Positions 18,230 through 26,257 of a stretch of DNA of 32,030 bases are shown here, one piece after another. The notes under the pieces are model-generated. The model was not told the origin of the DNA, did no database searches, and saw only the letters and a list, made by a program, of their open reading frames with translations. This DNA is from Deltaproteobacteria bacterium RIFCSPHIGHO2_12_FULL_43_9 (lineage in GTDB: Bacteria > Bdellovibrionota > O2-12-FULL-43-9): assembly GCA_001798265.1 (NCBI GenBank), contig MGRR01000030.1:1-32030 (forward strand). Direction: 5' to 3'. The position numbers were made by a program, and so were the translations under genes. The first letter of the stretch is position 1, and each line of letters begins with the position of its first letter.

Positions 18230-18877
18230 TTAATTTAATAAAGATTGTCCATTTTCAATAATATAATTAGCGTATTTTATTGTGTTTTTTATAAAGGGGA
18301 CCTCTTCCTTTTCCCTTTCCGATATAACCCTTTGAATTTTATCTGTATTGAGCCCCTTCTCCTTATAGAAGAGTTCAAGACGCTTTTGTCTTAAATCATC
18401 ATCAATTTTCACATAAATTTTTATTGCTGCTAAATCAAATAGATCTTTGAGTGCCAGCGCTACCACCCCCTCTGCTATTACAACACCAGATTTGATTTCA
18501 AGAGGAGTATTACCCCTCTCAGCTATCCTTTGTCGCGAATGTACGTCATATATCGGTGGATATATTGTGTCTCCTTTGAGCATGCTTCTCAAAGCATCAA
18601 CGATGGAATTACAATTGTAGCGGTCAATAACTCTGGAATCGATCTTTCTTTTTTCAACACTTACAAGCCAGTTATCAAGGCTGATTACCAGATTATTAAT
18701 ACCGTTAACTGAAAATAGATATGATAGCCCACCGGCTATTGAGCTTTTGCCGCTGCGGGAACACCCACCAATAAGTAACAGTGAAGTTTCAGTATCATCA
18801 ATTAATTCGGCTCTTGAAATATGCTTATAAAGTGCTTGAACACCGGAAAAAGTAATCGGTTTATTGTAATACGACAT
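18230..18877 (-). CDS. P-loop kinase of the uridine kinase / phosphoribulokinase family, substrate unknown
   Basis: Walker A motif GGCSRSGKSS, followed by ISLDNW, which resembles the Udk block ISQDSFY. 215 aa. 17-nt overlap with the upstream gene. Confidence 0.55.
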   Translation of the reverse strand: MSYYNKPITFSGVQALYKHISRAELIDDTETSLLLIGGCSRSGKSSIAGGLSYLFSVNGINNLVISLDNWLVSVEKRKIDSRVIDRYNCNSIVDALRSMLKGDTIYPPIYDVHSRQRIAERGNTPLEIKSGVVIAEGVVALALKDLFDLAAIKIYVKIDDDLRQKRLELFYKEKGLNTDKIQRVISEREKEEVPFIKNTIKYANYIIENGQSLLN

Positions 18878-20051
18878 CTTTTACAGCTTTAAGTAGGTTT
18901 AAATCCTTATTCAGAATGATAGTTTTGCAGCCGGCCAGTTCTCCAGCCTCTTGATCTCTTTCATCGTCACCAATTAAATATGTTTTTGATAAATCAAGGC
19001 AAAAATCTTTCTGGGCGTAGAAAAACATCCCTGGTTTTGGTTTTCTGCAGAAGCATCCATCGTCCCAGTTATGTGTGCAGCAATAAATAGCGCCAATTCT
19101 TACGCCAATGTTCAAAAGTTCTTTTGTCATATAGTCGTGAATACTGTCCAAATCTGCATGGGTCATCTTCCCCCTGGCTACGCCTGCCTGGTTAGTAACT
19201 ATAATAATGTTAAAATTGTTTTCTTTTAATAAAAGCAATGCCTCTTTTGCCTCCGGGAGCCAGACAAAATCTTTAACAGATGTGATGTACTCCGCTTTTG
19301 GTGCCTTTTTGTTTAATACACCGTCCCTGTCCAGGAAGATGTTTCTGGTGTTTTTCAAGAAACGCTCTGTTTCTTTAAGTCGTTCGTGTGAACCAACACT
19401 ATAATATCTATGATGTGTCAGATATGAAGTAAGTTTTTTTTCTCCCACGAGTCGTGTATAAACCACCTTTTCGAAATTAATGTTTTCAGCCGGTATCAGT
19501 GAAATAACCTCCTTGTTTAGTATTGCAAAACCGATATCTACACCACTAAGGTTTTCAGAGGTTCTATTTTTATCATATTTTATAACATAATTATTTTGAT
19601 CAAGGATTACATTGCTCTTTGTGTAGTGATCATCATTACTGTAAACTGTAATTTGTGCCAGTGGAGACTGGTTTTGGAATTGTTGCCACATCTTATCAAA
19701 TTGCATGGGCCAGTAGTTGTCGCAGTACATTAATAGAAAACAAGGATCTAACTTCTCTGCTGCAAGTTTCAGTCTCTTTCCGGTTTCGTCTTCAGTCTCT
19801 GAGGTTACATAGTCTATTTTTATTCCAAATGAATCTCCATTTCCAAAATACTCTTTGATTTGCTCTGGTAGGTAACCCAACAATAGTAAAACCTTCTTAA
19901 AACCCTGCTCTTTAAGATGTTCAATCAAGTATTGGAGAAAAGGTTTGCCATGAAAGTGGATCATTGGCTTGGGGATATCATCGGTAATAGGTTTAAGCCT
20001 TTCCCCTCTACCACCAGCCAAAATTACCGCTTGTGTTGGTCTTGCACCCAT
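18861..20051 (-). CDS. hddC-gmhB: Bifunctional D-glycero-alpha-D-manno-heptose-1-phosphate guanylyltransferase (HddC-like) / heptose-1,7-bisphosphate 7-phosphatase (GmhB-like) fusion
   Basis: N-terminal nucleotidyltransferase motif AVILAGGRGERLKPITDDIPKPM. C-terminal HAD phosphatase with FLDRDGVLN, VTNQAG, the GmhB Zn-loop and signature CCTHNWDDGCFCRKPKPGM, and GDDERD. Confidence 0.8.
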   Translation of the reverse strand: MGARPTQAVILAGGRGERLKPITDDIPKPMIHFHGKPFLQYLIEHLKEQGFKKVLLLLGYLPEQIKEYFGNGDSFGIKIDYVTSETEDETGKRLKLAAEKLDPCFLLMYCDNYWPMQFDKMWQQFQNQSPLAQITVYSNDDHYTKSNVILDQNNYVIKYDKNRTSENLSGVDIGFAILNKEVISLIPAENINFEKVVYTRLVGEKKLTSYLTHHRYYSVGSHERLKETERFLKNTRNIFLDRDGVLNKKAPKAEYITSVKDFVWLPEAKEALLLLKENNFNIIIVTNQAGVARGKMTHADLDSIHDYMTKELLNIGVRIGAIYCCTHNWDDGCFCRKPKPGMFFYAQKDFCLDLSKTYLIGDDERDQEAGELAGCKTIILNKDLNLLKAVKDVVLQ

Positions 20052-20130
20052 AAGTGATTAAATATAGGACAACCTAAAACTTTACAATATAGGCTTTGCA
20101 TATTATCAAATCACAAAGGCTGGAAGCGCA
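20052..20130. promoter_or_regulatory. 79-bp bidirectional control region between the two long divergent operons
   Basis: The only non-coding DNA between 18861..20051 (-) and 20131..20682 (+). Contains an 8-nt direct repeat aatatagg (20061..20068 and 20086..20093) and a 6-bp inverted pair gtgatt (20054..20059) / aatcac (20108..20113). No confident sigma-70 boxes. Confidence 0.35.
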
Positions 20131-20682
20131 ATGACATCATTTTATCAAGAGTATTTTCAGGAGTTGGACTCAAAAGTGAACAGTGCTAATATCCACGAAT
20201 TGGATAGATGCTGCAACCTTGTGAGTGGCATAGGAAAGAATAATAAGAAAATAATAATCGTTGGTAATGGTGGTAGCGCCACAATTGCCAGTCATGTCTC
20301 TGTCGATTTGACGAAATTGGCTAATATTAGAGCAATTAATTTCAATGAAGCCGATTTAATTACCTGTTTTGCAAACGATTATGGGTATGAGAATTGGGTT
20401 GCCCGTGGATTGGAGGCTTATGCCGACAAGGATGATCTTGTAGTCCTAATTAGTAGTAGTGGAAGGTCTCCAAATATTATCAATGGTGCTTTTAGAGCAA
20501 AGGAATTAGAGCTTAATACAATTACACTTTCAGGTTTTGATATTGATAATCCTTTAAAGAAATTGGGTGATATCAATTTATGGGTTGATAGTAAAATTTA
20601 TAATATCGTTGAATTAACCCATACCGTCTGGTTACTGACTATCATAGATAAGGTGATTCACGATAAAAAAGGTTCGAAATGA
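20131..20682 (+). CDS. gmhA: Sedoheptulose-7-phosphate isomerase (SIS domain phosphoheptose isomerase)
   Basis: IIIVGNGGSATIASHVSVDL matches the GmhA signature GNGGSA..A.H...(D/E)L. VLISSSGRSPN is the SIS motif. 183 aa, typical length. Confidence 0.8.
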   Translation: MTSFYQEYFQELDSKVNSANIHELDRCCNLVSGIGKNNKKIIIVGNGGSATIASHVSVDLTKLANIRAINFNEADLITCFANDYGYENWVARGLEAYADKDDLVVLISSSGRSPNIINGAFRAKELELNTITLSGFDIDNPLKKLGDINLWVDSKIYNIVELTHTVWLLTIIDKVIHDKKGSK

Positions 20683-21668
20683 AAAAGGTATTGATTACAG
20701 GTATAAACGGCTTCGCCGGTTCCCATCTTGCTGATCTATGTTTGGCTAAAGATGATGTACGTCTCTATGGTGTGAAGCGCTCCCACCTTTCTAATACAAA
20801 AAATGTCTTGCACATCGAGGATAAAATAGAATGGTTTACAACCGATCTTTTGGATGCCAAAGCGGTTTTGAAAACGATACGAGCAATTAAACCAGATATT
20901 ATTTTTCATCTCGCTGCCCAGAGTTTTGTGAGTCAATCATGGAATCACCCGACCCTCTTTATGGCAGGAAACTACAACATGACTGTAAATATTCTGGAAG
21001 CATGCCTGGAGTGTGGGATCAATCCCAGGATTCATCTACCGGGATCCGTTTCTGATTATGGTGATGTAACAGAGGAGGAACTTCCTTTAAATCCTGATTC
21101 AAGGCTAAAACCGGTTAATCCCTATTGTGTTTCAAAGATTGCTCAAGATTTTATTGGATATGTCTATTTTAGATCGTATGGGTCAAATGTAATTAGAACC
21201 AGGGCTTTTAATCATGAGGGTCCAAGAAGGGATAAGGTGTTTGGTATTCCATCCTATGCATATCAGATTGCCAAAATTGAGAACGGCTTACAGGAACCTG
21301 TAATAAAAGTCGGTCATATTGATGATCTGCGGGCTTTTACGCATGTTAAGGATATGGTTAATGCCTATTGGCTTGCAGTTGAGCATTGTAGTGTTGGAGA
21401 GCTCTATCTCATTGGTTCTGAGGATGAGAAATATGTTCATACATTCAGGGAAGCCCTTGAAATGCTAATTGGTTTTTCGAACGTTGAGGGAATTACCTAC
21501 AAAACTCATCCAGATTTTGTCAGACCGACTAATGTACCAAAGCTAACATGCGATGCATCAAAATTTACGAAAGCAACTAATTGGTCACCAAAATTAGATT
21601 TTGAAACCCTTCTTTCAGACACACTGAATTATTGGAGGGCGGAGTTTAAGAGGGGGGCAGTCAGGTAA
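20679..21668 (+). CDS. GDP-sugar 4,6-dehydratase (Gmd / DmhA-like extended SDR)
   Basis: VLITGINGFAGSHL Rossmann motif, NPYCVSK (YxxxK), and RAFNHEGPRR resembling the Gmd block NHESPRR. ATGA overlap with gmhA. Confidence 0.7.
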   Translation: MKKVLITGINGFAGSHLADLCLAKDDVRLYGVKRSHLSNTKNVLHIEDKIEWFTTDLLDAKAVLKTIRAIKPDIIFHLAAQSFVSQSWNHPTLFMAGNYNMTVNILEACLECGINPRIHLPGSVSDYGDVTEEELPLNPDSRLKPVNPYCVSKIAQDFIGYVYFRSYGSNVIRTRAFNHEGPRRDKVFGIPSYAYQIAKIENGLQEPVIKVGHIDDLRAFTHVKDMVNAYWLAVEHCSVGELYLIGSEDEKYVHTFREALEMLIGFSNVEGITYKTHPDFVRPTNVPKLTCDASKFTKATNWSPKLDFETLLSDTLNYWRAEFKRGAVR

Positions 21669-21671
21669 CCA

Positions 21672-22916
21672 ATGAACGGCCCCGGAAAAATCTATAATAC
21701 TATAAATAAGTGCAGAATATGTGGGGCGGATTCCATCGTTGATCTCATAAATTATGGAGAACAGCCTCTTGCAAATTCGCTCAAGAAACATAGAGATGAT
21801 GTAGAACAAAAAATTCCACTTACACTCTCATTTTGTAAGCAATCAAATCATGTCCAGCTTAAAGAGACGGTAAACAAGGAGCTTCTTTTCTCTGACTATA
21901 TCTGGGTAACAGGGACCGCGGCTTCTACGAAAAGATTCGCGAAGGAGTTTGCGCAGAGGGTTATTCAGATTACAAATCTCCAATCCCACGAGCTTGTCAT
22001 TGAAGTGGCCTCGAACGACGGGACATTTCTGGTGCCGTTTAAGGAGCTTGGTTTTTCAAATGTATTAGGTGTTGATCCAGCTGAAAACCTGAAAACTGCT
22101 GCCCTGCAGAACGGTATTGAAACAATCACGGCTTTTTGGAACAAAAATGTCTCTGAAGAGATTATAAAAAAACGTGGCAGAGCAAAAGTAGTAATGGCAC
22201 GAAATGTTTTGCCGCATGTAAGCCAGATTTTTGACGTAGTGGAGGGTATCAGGTGTGCCCTGCAGGATGATGGGGTTGCTATAATCGAATTTCACAATGC
22301 CGGTACTATACTTAATGAGTTGCATTACGATTCAGTTTACCACGAACATCTTTATTATTTTTCAATCAATTCAATTTGTTACCTGTTTGAGAAATATTCT
22401 TTATATCCGTTCCACGCTGATCCAAGTCCCATAAGTGGGGGAGGATACGTTTTATATCTGTCGGCGACAAGGAAGAATAAATCAAAGAGCCTGTTGCAAT
22501 TTATGGAGCAAGAAGAGTCAAACAAAGTAAATTCCCATGAGAGCTGGAATAGGTTTGCCGAAAGATGCGTGGAGCACAAGAGATTATCACGTGAAATAAT
22601 CGATAAATATTATGGGAGAAGGGTTATTGGATTCGGGGCTTCGGCAAGGAGCTCAACATATTTAAATTATTGTGAATTTAATAGTGGGAATATTGAGGCT
22701 GTGATAGATAATAATCCCATGAAGCAGGGGCAATTTACCCCCGGCTCATCAATTCCGATTATTTCTATGGAGGGAGGTTTGCGGAGAAAGCCCGATATTA
22801 TTTTTATTCTCGCATGGAATTTTCGACATGAAATTATAAATCTTTGTCGTTCAAAGGGTTACCGTGGTGACTTCATTGTATCATTTCCATTCGAACCGAA
22901 AGTAATTCAGTCATGA
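21672..22916 (+). CDS. NDP-hexose C-methyltransferase (TylC3/NovU-type; Zn-ribbon + class I SAM MTase + C-methyltransferase C-terminal domain)
   Basis: N-terminal CRICG...L(I)NYGEQPLANS zinc-ribbon/substrate motif. VIEVASNDG in the SAM motif I position. YHEHLYYFS block. About 414 aa, typical of this family. Confidence 0.7.
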   Translation: MNGPGKIYNTINKCRICGADSIVDLINYGEQPLANSLKKHRDDVEQKIPLTLSFCKQSNHVQLKETVNKELLFSDYIWVTGTAASTKRFAKEFAQRVIQITNLQSHELVIEVASNDGTFLVPFKELGFSNVLGVDPAENLKTAALQNGIETITAFWNKNVSEEIIKKRGRAKVVMARNVLPHVSQIFDVVEGIRCALQDDGVAIIEFHNAGTILNELHYDSVYHEHLYYFSINSICYLFEKYSLYPFHADPSPISGGGYVLYLSATRKNKSKSLLQFMEQEESNKVNSHESWNRFAERCVEHKRLSREIIDKYYGRRVIGFGASARSSTYLNYCEFNSGNIEAVIDNNPMKQGQFTPGSSIPIISMEGGLRRKPDIIFILAWNFRHEIINLCRSKGYRGDFIVSFPFEPKVIQS

Positions 22917-23458
22917 AGTTTATCAAGCAAGCCTTGCCCGATGTCTACTTAATTGAACCTGAGCCGGCAAAGGATCACCGCGGGTTACTGAGGCGGCACT
23001 TTTGCAAAAGGGAATTTGATCCATTCTATCCAATTCCAGATATTAATCAGAGCAATATTTCAGAGAACCTGAAAAAAAAGACATTAAGAGGGTTTCATTA
23101 TCAAAAGTCCCCACACGGGGAGTCTAGATTGATTTCATGTGTAAAGGGTGGTGTTTACGATATTGTGGTGGATCTAAGGCCTACTTCTAGAACATTTTGT
23201 AAATGGATCTCAACAGAGCTTACAGAAGATAATCGCCTGAGTCTTTTCGTACCTGATGGCTGTGCGAATGCCTTTCTTACGCTTGAAAATAATAGCTGGA
23301 TGCTCTATCTGCACACAGGATTTTATGTCCCCGGTTTTGAGGGGGGAGTAAGATACAACGATCCATATTTTAATTTTAAATGGCCGACTAAACCAGAGGT
23401 GATATCTGAAAGGGACGGCAACATTCCACTGTTTAATCCGGGCGATTTTTCCTTATGA
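22913..23458 (+). CDS. RmlC-like cupin, NDP-4-keto-6-deoxy-sugar 3,5- (or 3- / 5-) epimerase
   Basis: DHRG...F and LRGFHYQ motifs as in dTDP-4-dehydrorhamnose 3,5-epimerase. 181 aa. ATGA overlaps at both ends. Confidence 0.75.
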   Translation: MKFIKQALPDVYLIEPEPAKDHRGLLRRHFCKREFDPFYPIPDINQSNISENLKKKTLRGFHYQKSPHGESRLISCVKGGVYDIVVDLRPTSRTFCKWISTELTEDNRLSLFVPDGCANAFLTLENNSWMLYLHTGFYVPGFEGGVRYNDPYFNFKWPTKPEVISERDGNIPLFNPGDFSL

Positions 23459-24363
23459 ATATATTAATTTCAGGTGCAAATGGTTTTATAGGCCGACATG
23501 TTGTCGACTCAATCGCAGGGAATCATAATCTGGCTCTGATTCTTCGCAACCTGGGTAGCCAGGGATTCAAGCCTGATAATGTAACCAATATTATCGGTTC
23601 ATTGGAGAATATAGCGGAAGTTCAGAAAGAAATAATTAATTTTTCGCCAGATGCCTGCATTCATCTTGCGTGGGATGGTATTCCCGATTTTTCCGCAAAA
23701 AGGTCACTTTCCAATTTAAATCTCTCGGTCAGTTTGCTGGATATGCTTATTGAAAACACGAATTGTAAGAAATATATTATTACAGGTTCCTGCTATGAAT
23801 ATGGCAATGCTTCTGGTGAATGCAGGGAATCAGACCCCGCAAAATTCGATTCCTTTATCGGATGGGCCAAACATTCCATTAATCAATATGCTACCTTACG
23901 GTGTCTGGAAAAGGGATTAAAGTTATATTGGCTGAGATGTTTTTATGTTTTTGGGTCTGGGCAGAGGAATGCTTCAATTATACCGTCAATTATCAGTGCC
24001 TTTCTAAAGAATGAAACACCGATAATAAAGAACCCGTTCAACGCGAACGATTTTGTTCATGTTAAAGATATATCACGGGCAATCCGGCTTATTTTGGAGC
24101 GCGATCCCGAGGGTGGTATTTACAATCTCGGTTCCGGACAAGCCACCCAAATAGTGAAAATATGTGAGATTATAGAGAGAAAGATTTGCAACTCGACGAC
24201 ATTTTCAGATAGCCTGTTGAATCTAAATAAAGATATGCATAGCAGGGGCTTTTGGGCCGATATTACGAAAGCAAAAAAATATTTTGGGTGGGAGCCGTAT
24301 TTAACGATCGAAGAAGGGATCGAAGAACTTCTTGGGTCAATTAAACGTGAAATGAGATGGTAA
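23455..24363 (+). CDS. NAD(P)-dependent extended SDR, probable NDP-4-keto-sugar reductase
   Basis: ILISGANGFIGRHV Rossmann motif. 302 aa. Located immediately after the dehydratase/C-MT/epimerase genes. The expected YxxxK position reads IGWAK (see findings). Confidence 0.6.
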   Translation: MNILISGANGFIGRHVVDSIAGNHNLALILRNLGSQGFKPDNVTNIIGSLENIAEVQKEIINFSPDACIHLAWDGIPDFSAKRSLSNLNLSVSLLDMLIENTNCKKYIITGSCYEYGNASGECRESDPAKFDSFIGWAKHSINQYATLRCLEKGLKLYWLRCFYVFGSGQRNASIIPSIISAFLKNETPIIKNPFNANDFVHVKDISRAIRLILERDPEGGIYNLGSGQATQIVKICEIIERKICNSTTFSDSLLNLNKDMHSRGFWADITKAKKYFGWEPYLTIEEGIEELLGSIKREMRW

Positions 24364-25364
24364 CAAATAAACAAAAGCTAATTTCCATTGTGTGTCCAAT
24401 CTATAATGAAGAGCATACTATTCCTATTTTCTATAAGAGATTAACTAAGGTAATTGCTTCATTGTCTCATGTGTACAAATTCGAATTAATATTCACCAAT
24501 AATAGATCGACGGACAAAAGCCTCGAACGAATTCTTGAGCTGCGGAATCGGGACACATCAATGCAGGTCATAACGATGTCAAGAAACTTTGGATATCAGG
24601 CATCTGTACAGGCAGGCATAACCCATGCCACTGGTGAAGCAATTGTGATTATAGATGTCGATTGTGAAGATCCACCAGAGATGATCCCTGGATTCCTTGA
24701 GAAGTGGGCCGAGGGTTACGACATAGTATGTGGAATAAGAAAAGACAGACCAGAGGCCTGGATTATGAAGAAATTAAGGGATTGCTTCTATTATCTTCTG
24801 AAGATGACCGCGGATATGGATATTGTTCTTAGAATGGCGGAGTTTGGTTTAATCTCATCAACGGTACGCGATTGCATTGTAAATAATCATAATACATTCC
24901 CATTCTTAAGAGCCGAAATTGGGTACGTAGGATTTTCAAGGTATGAAATTCCATATACAAGGGAGCCAAGAAGTTATGGCAAGTCTGGGTACAATCTATT
25001 GGGGATGGTTATATTTGCAACTGCCGGGCTTTTAACTTCCTCTACGTTTCTATTTAGGTTAGCTGCGTATTTGCTTCCATTTATTGTCTTTACTAATCTT
25101 GTCCTTGTTTTATTGGGACTAATAACGCACTCATTGTCATATTTCCTTGTATTATTTTCCCTAGATCTTCTCTATATTATTTTTTATATGACCGTGCATG
25201 GGGTTTACATTGCCAGAATTTATAAAAATGACATAAGGCGTCCGATTTATATTATTGATCCCAAATTAACATTTCTTAATCAGGAGAATGTCAGACAAAG
25301 TTTTGTCGCCAAGCCTGTACCTAGGCATTTTCAAGAGGCGGGTGAGGTTCATGGAATTCAATGA
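24357..25364 (+). CDS. GtrB/ArnC-like family 2 glycosyltransferase (polyprenyl-phosphate sugar synthase) with two C-terminal TM helices
   Basis: SIVCPIYNEE...SRNFGYQASVQAG...AIVIIDVDCEDPPEMIP...WAEGYDIVCGIR.DR matches the GtrB/ArnC/CsbB pattern. Two hydrophobic helices follow, then the RRPIYII tail. Confidence 0.8.
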   Translation: MVTNKQKLISIVCPIYNEEHTIPIFYKRLTKVIASLSHVYKFELIFTNNRSTDKSLERILELRNRDTSMQVITMSRNFGYQASVQAGITHATGEAIVIIDVDCEDPPEMIPGFLEKWAEGYDIVCGIRKDRPEAWIMKKLRDCFYYLLKMTADMDIVLRMAEFGLISSTVRDCIVNNHNTFPFLRAEIGYVGFSRYEIPYTREPRSYGKSGYNLLGMVIFATAGLLTSSTFLFRLAAYLLPFIVFTNLVLVLLGLITHSLSYFLVLFSLDLLYIIFYMTVHGVYIARIYKNDIRRPIYIIDPKLTFLNQENVRQSFVAKPVPRHFQEAGEVHGIQ

Positions 25365-26244
25365 AGTAAATTGCCCCGTCTGTGAAAAAAATGATTATAA
25401 GGTTGTATATCCCGGTACCCTTGGAAAGAATGCCCCGGTATTCGGGTATAAATGGACACCAGAAATACGGAAAATATATCGCCTGGTCCAGTGTAAAAAC
25501 TGCTCGCATGCTTATGCATCACCACGATTGAGTGATATTTATAAATATTATGAAGATGTTAAAGATGAAACCTATTTGAATAATGCAGGTTTAAGAAAAA
25601 AAACGGCAAGAAAGGTTTTGACCACGATCAAAAAGTTCAAGCCTGACGGCAAATTACTTGATGTAGGCTGTTCAACTGGAGATTTTTTGGAGGTTGCGAA
25701 GGAAGATTATGAATCAGAAGGCATGGAGCTTTCAGAATGGGCGTTAAAAATTGCCCGCGAGAAACAACTTTTGGTGTATAAGGAGACTCTGCGGGATAGG
25801 GCTGCGGCATGTAGGGCCTCGTATGATGTGGTGACGATGTGGGGTGTTATTGAGCATCTGGAATATCCCAAATTAGAGATCCAGCGCATTAATAGCCTGT
25901 TAAAGGAGGGTGGTATTGTCGCTCTCTGGACCGGAGATTTTAACTCAATCTTTTCTAAAATTTTCAGACAGAAGTGGTGGTATATTCTAGGACAGCATAT
26001 CCAGTTTTTTAGTTGGAAATCGATGGATTATTTAATGGAAGAGGCTGGATTCCAGAGGGTTCATAAAGGTATTTATCCATACGTAATATCATTTGAGTAC
26101 CTCGGTGTTTCTCTTTCTAGATATTCAATTGTCGGCCCTCTTGTCAGGAATTTTTTTAAATTATATGGTCTTGCGGCGCAAGAATTTACATTAAAAAAAT
26201 CTGACGAGATGTTTGCAATTTATAAAAAGGTTAGGAACAACTAG
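25351..26244 (+). CDS. Class I SAM-dependent methyltransferase with an N-terminal Cys4 zinc-ribbon
   Basis: CPVCEK...CKNCSHAY ribbon and LLDVGCSTGDFLE (SAM motif I). Start moved from 25288 to the ATG at 25351, which has GGTGAGG 5 nt upstream and reduces the overlap with the GT2 gene to 14 nt. Confidence 0.7.
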   Translation: MEFNEVNCPVCEKNDYKVVYPGTLGKNAPVFGYKWTPEIRKIYRLVQCKNCSHAYASPRLSDIYKYYEDVKDETYLNNAGLRKKTARKVLTTIKKFKPDGKLLDVGCSTGDFLEVAKEDYESEGMELSEWALKIAREKQLLVYKETLRDRAAACRASYDVVTMWGVIEHLEYPKLEIQRINSLLKEGGIVALWTGDFNSIFSKIFRQKWWYILGQHIQFFSWKSMDYLMEEAGFQRVHKGIYPYVISFEYLGVSLSRYSIVGPLVRNFFKLYGLAAQEFTLKKSDEMFAIYKKVRNN

Positions 26245-26257
26245 CAGATTGGTAATC

